Assembly (NCBI GenBank): GCA_002269645.1
Contig: NIVC01001691.1
Coordinates: 13,534-77,533 of the forward strand
DNA from: Macrostomum lignano
Lineage: Eukaryota
Length of the DNA stretch: 64,000 nt
Direction: 5' to 3'
Below are positions 61,401-64,000 of the stretch, piece by piece. Numbering within the stretch: position 1 is the first letter of the stretch; each line of letters begins with the position of its first letter. The position numbers and the translations under genes are program-made. Below the pieces are notes generated by a model. The model saw only the letters and a program-made list of their open reading frames with translations, made no database searches and was not told the DNA's origin.

Positions 61401-63479
61401 GTTTTATTTCGCATTTTTGCCACTGAATATGTAGCAGCTATGTTAGACTGTGACGTTATTAATAGTTTTTGCTACACCCGTGTGGTGCATGTTCAGAGAC
61501 TATTCCAATTGCAATATGTACCGTATATCTATGCTTGATAATATCTGGTTGTCTTGGAAACTTGTGACCTAAATTATAATTCGTAATTTTGTTGCTAGTG
61601 CTGGCGTGGGACCACCGATGCGGTTGGAAATTCGTATTTTTATATAATTTCAAATGCTCACTAGCTACTGTTAGTAGACTGAGTTTTTGTGCTTTTATTT
61701 TTAAAATGCAGTAAAAACATTCTGTGTAAAGAAATGTTCGTTTCGTGAGTCAGGACAGGATTGTGTACATTCCATGTGTCAGGAGTGTGTACATTCCATG
61801 TGTCAGGAGTGTGTACATTCCATGTGTCAGGAGTGTGTACATTTAATGTGTCAGGAGTGTACATTCCATGTGTCAGGAGTGCACATCCATGTGCCAGGAG
61901 GGTGTACATTCCATGCGTTATCAGGAGTGTACAATTCTGTGTCAGAAGTGTAAAATCCATGTGTCAAGAGTGTTTACATCCCATGTGCTGTCAGGAGTGT
62001 ACATCCCATGTGTGTTGTCAAGAGTGTACATTCCATGTGCAGGAGTCAGGAGTACTGAAAAAGCAGTAAAAGCAACTGAATGTATAAATAGCTGAGGTAC
62101 ATGTACATCAGCCACCCATTCACTGCACATGCTGTACTCAGTGTAATCCTAAACACCCCATGCTGCCCACTCCAGGCGCAGTTGGACTTTCACTACGCTG
62201 GCGACCTGCAGCGCAAAGTGCATGAGGTGGTGCCCGAGCACGCCTACTCCCTGCCAACACTCGCGACCCTGAGATTGACATTAAAGAAGGCAATTATCAC
62301 CTGGCTATGACTGGCCGATCGTGGGAGATTGTGCGCAATCATTTTCCGCACCTGATCCCAAGCTGGTGGTTAAGGGCACCGTGTTTGCCAGGTTCTCGCC
62401 TGATCAGAAGGCTCAGCTGGTGGAATCCCTGCAGCAGGTTAGAGATCTGCGTTATGCAGCTGCTTGTTTGCAACTACTTATATAGTACTGATAGTACTAG
62501 ATTTTAAATTGAAATAAAATATCTACCCTTAACCCGCTCTCAGATCTACCATAAATCCGCCCCCAAATCTACTAAAATCCACCCTCAAATCTACCATAAA
62601 TCCGCCCCAAATCTACTATAAATCCACCCCCAAATCTACCATAAATCCACCCCAAATCTACCATAAATCCGCCCCCAAATCTACTATAAATCCACCCAAA
62701 TCTACCATAAACCGCCCCAAATCGACCATAAATCCACCCCAAATCTACCATAAACCCGCCCCCAAATCGACCATAAATCCACCCCCAAATCTACCATAAA
62801 CCGCCCCAAATCTGGCGGCAGACTCAACTTTCCATTCGCCCTCGCCCTTCCCAGGTGGGCTACACAGTCGGCATGTGCGGCGACGGAGCGAACGATTGCG
62901 GCGCTTTAAAAGCCGCCCACGCCGGCATCTCGCTGAGCGAAGCCGAAGCCTCCGTGGCCTCGCCGTTCACCTCCAAGGAGCAGAACATCTCCTGCGTGCC
63001 AACCTGATCAGGGAGGGCCGCTGCGCCATTGTGACCTCGTTTGGCACTTCAATTCATGGCTGGCTATTCTATCACGCAGTTCGTGTCCTGCCTTATCCTG
63101 TACTACATCGGTGCCAACCTCACTGATGGACAGTTTCTCTACATCGACCTGTTCATCATCACTACTCTCAGCATCACGTTTGGCTACACCAAGGCCTATC
63201 CGCAACTGTCAAAGGAGGCGCCAAGTCTGCGTTTAATGTCAACGGTTACCATCGCGTCGATCTGTCTGCAGTCTCTGTTGAACATCGCCTTCCAGACTTT
63301 GGCCTTTCTATACGTTCAGACTCAGGATTGGTTTTTTCCATTTCACATGGACATTACGGCTGACGAGTATGCTAGCTATGAGAATACGGCAGTGTACTTG
63401 GTGTCCTCCTTTCAGTACATCACCCTGGCTGTGGCATTTTCCAAGTCTCAGCCGTACAGGCTCACCATACCGTCCAACC
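52348..63479 (+). CDS. ATP13A3: P5B-type P-type ATPase (ATP13A2/3-like polyamine transporter), 3'-partial, join(52348-52449,53128-53295,53904-53962,54946-55054,55222-55304,55922-56063,56148-56282,57518-57584,58194-58899,59338-59847,60340-60586,62176-62437,62855-63479); 8 single-base deletions
   Basis: N-terminal LNQGQDDE; [10 protein letters not shown]; TGES; P5B signature PPALP; phosphorylation motif DKTGTLT; GDPLDLKMF; MVTG(D)N; [11 protein letters not shown]. The gene continues beyond the window. Confidence 0.93.
52590..52975. mobile_element. Degenerate MITE-like element whose right end is tandemly amplified (48-51-bp units, about 6 copies)
   Basis: Units GGGGGTC(A/T)(G/A)TTGACCTCCAATCTAGATC...; shares the AGCTGACCCCTTGACCC motif with 45021-45045. 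Confidence 0.5.
53128..53295 (+). CDS. ATP13A3: ATP13A3-like exon 2 (ends at a GC donor)
   Basis: RILGYRR...[14 protein letters not shown]...VVK; AAG|GCGAGT. Confidence 0.87.
53430..53870. repeat. 30-bp minisatellite (CTGATTGGGATTCCTCTGGGTGGGATTTCC), ATPase intron 2
   Basis: About 15 copies. Confidence 0.95.
53904..53962 (+). CDS. ATP13A3: ATP13A3-like exon 3
   Basis: TTTTAG acceptor; [11 protein letters not shown]; AG|GTAAGG donor. Confidence 0.8.
54485..54890. repeat. (CCTCT)n microsatellite, ATPase intron 3
   Basis: Direct inspection. Confidence 0.95.
54946..55054 (+). CDS. ATP13A3: ATP13A3-like exon 4
   Basis: CCGCAG acceptor phase 2; GTAAGA donor phase 0; bridges exons 3 and 5. Confidence 0.68.
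55222..55304 (+). CDS. ATP13A3: ATP13A3-like exon 5
   Basis: [24 protein letters not shown]; GTGAGT donor. Confidence 0.87.
55310..55826. repeat. 28-bp minisatellite, same family as 7330-7748, ATPase intron 5
   Basis: CCTCCCAGATCCTCAGTTGCTG(G/A)GCCAG, more diverged units. Confidence 0.93.
55922..56063 (+). CDS. ATP13A3: ATP13A3-like exon 6
   Basis: [22 protein letters not shown]. Confidence 0.9.
56148..56282 (+). CDS. ATP13A3: ATP13A3-like exon 7 (TM1-2)
   Basis: [28 protein letters not shown]. Confidence 0.92.
56445..57182. repeat. 21-bp minisatellite (GAGAGTGAATGAGACGGGGCT), ATPase intron 7
   Basis: Direct inspection. Confidence 0.92.
57518..57584 (+). CDS. ATP13A3: ATP13A3-like exon 8
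   Basis: [10 protein letters not shown]...; TTTTGCAG acceptor and GTAAGC donor. Confidence 0.83.
57759..58168. repeat. 28-30-bp minisatellite (GCGGAGAGGCAGATTCAGTAGCAGATTGTA), ATPase intron 8
   Basis: About 14 copies. Confidence 0.93.
58194..58899 (+). CDS. ATP13A3: ATP13A3-like exon 9 (A domain, PPALP, DKTGT)
   Basis: [28 protein letters not shown]; one G missing at 58866-58868. Confidence 0.95.
58925..59115. repeat. (GTCT)n tract, ATPase intron 9
   Basis: Direct inspection. Confidence 0.85.
59338..59847 (+). CDS. ATP13A3: ATP13A3-like exon 10 (N domain)
   Basis: MAVCHTL...GDPLDLKMF...[12 protein letters not shown]...KGSPE...GYRVLALA. Confidence 0.95.
59868..60292. repeat. ~38-bp minisatellite (TAAGGATTTAACCGGAAGTGGATTTA...CATTGGAT), ATPase intron 10
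   Basis: About 11 copies. Confidence 0.92.
60340..60586 (+). CDS. ATP13A3: ATP13A3-like exon 11
   Basis: [15 protein letters not shown]...MVTG(D)[10 protein letters not shown](D)C; two missing Gs. Confidence 0.9.
60688..61197. repeat. 49-bp minisatellite (TAGCGCCAATTTAGCGCCTAAGATGAGGGTAGCGACGCAGGTAAGGTTC), ATPase intron 11
   Basis: About 10 copies. Confidence 0.93.
61762..62052. repeat. 24-bp minisatellite (GTGTACATTCCATGTGTCAGGAGT), ATPase intron 11
   Basis: Direct inspection. Confidence 0.88.
62176..62437 (+). CDS. ATP13A3: ATP13A3-like exon 12
   Basis: [10 protein letters not shown]...[18 protein letters not shown]; two missing Cs. Confidence 0.88.
62535..62812. repeat. ~22-bp minisatellite (AAATCTACCATAAATCCGCCCC), ATPase intron 12
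   Basis: Direct inspection. Confidence 0.9.
62855..63479 (+). CDS. ATP13A3: ATP13A3-like exon 13
   Basis: [23 protein letters not shown]...LIREGRCA...FLYIDL...AFSKSQPYR; three missing bases; C|GTGAGT donor. Confidence 0.93.
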
Positions 63480-63536
63480 GTGAGTAGCTTTGTTGAATAG
63501 TTTTTCTACTTTTACGTAATCTGTTTTATAGCACCA

Positions 63537-64000
63537 CGAATCCACTTTAAATCCGCCCCTATATCCACTTTAAATCCGCCCCTATATCCACTTTAAATCC
63601 GCCCTATATCCACTTCAAATCTGCCCTATATATCCACTTAAAATCCGCCCCTATATCCACCTTAAATCCGCCCCTATATCCACTTTAAATCCGCCCCTAT
63701 ATCACCTTTAAATCCGCCCCTATATCCACTTTAAATCCGCCCTATATTCACTTTAAATCCGCCCTATATCCACTTCTAATCCGCCCTATATCCACTTTAA
63801 ATCCGCCCTATATCCACTTCTAATCCGCCCTATATCCACTTTAAATCCGCCCTATATCACTTCAAATCCGCCCCTATATCCACTTCAAATCCGCCCCTAT
63901 ATCCACTTCAAATCGCCCCTATATCCACTTTAAATCCGCCCCTATATCCATTTTAAATCCGCCCTAAATCCACTTCAAATCCGCCCCTATATCCACTTTA
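63537..64000. repeat. ~23-bp minisatellite (TTAAATCCGCCCCTATATCCACT), ATPase intron 13, runs off the window
   Basis: About 20 copies. Confidence 0.93.

Noticed and set aside
52348-63479. Calling the ATPase a pseudogene
   Set aside because: All catalytic motifs and splice sites are intact, there are no nonsense substitutions, and every lesion is a 1-bp loss at a mononucleotide run, typical of sequencing error.

Overview
This is eukaryotic (metazoan) genomic DNA with spliceosomal introns and about 35 tandem-repeat arrays. The architecture suggests a repeat-rich invertebrate such as a Macrostomum-like flatworm, which is an inference I cannot verify from sequence alone. Three genes can be reconstructed exon by exon. 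(1) RPAP2/Rtr1 Pol II CTD phosphatase on +, 2949-18476: 6 exons, one GC-AG intron and an 11.3-kb last intron. (2) A six-finger Gfi1/Senseless transcription factor on -, 41291-35732: 5 exons, 596 aa, no N-terminal SNAG motif but a C-terminal eh1-like motif. (3) A P5B ATPase, ATP13A3-like, on +, from 52348 past the window end: 13 exons seen, one GC-AG intron, and 8 single-base deletions in mononucleotide runs that look like long-read consensus errors. There is also an unidentified terminal exon at 521-980, an intact hAT MITE with TIRs and an 8-bp TSD, and a foldback element with ~155-bp arms. The most notable observation is that RPAP2(+) and GFI1(-) lie tail-to-tail, the same neighbouring arrangement as at human 1p22, which suggests ancient microsynteny or a genomic regulatory block. 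Most long ORFs in the supplied track are artefacts of stop-free repeats.
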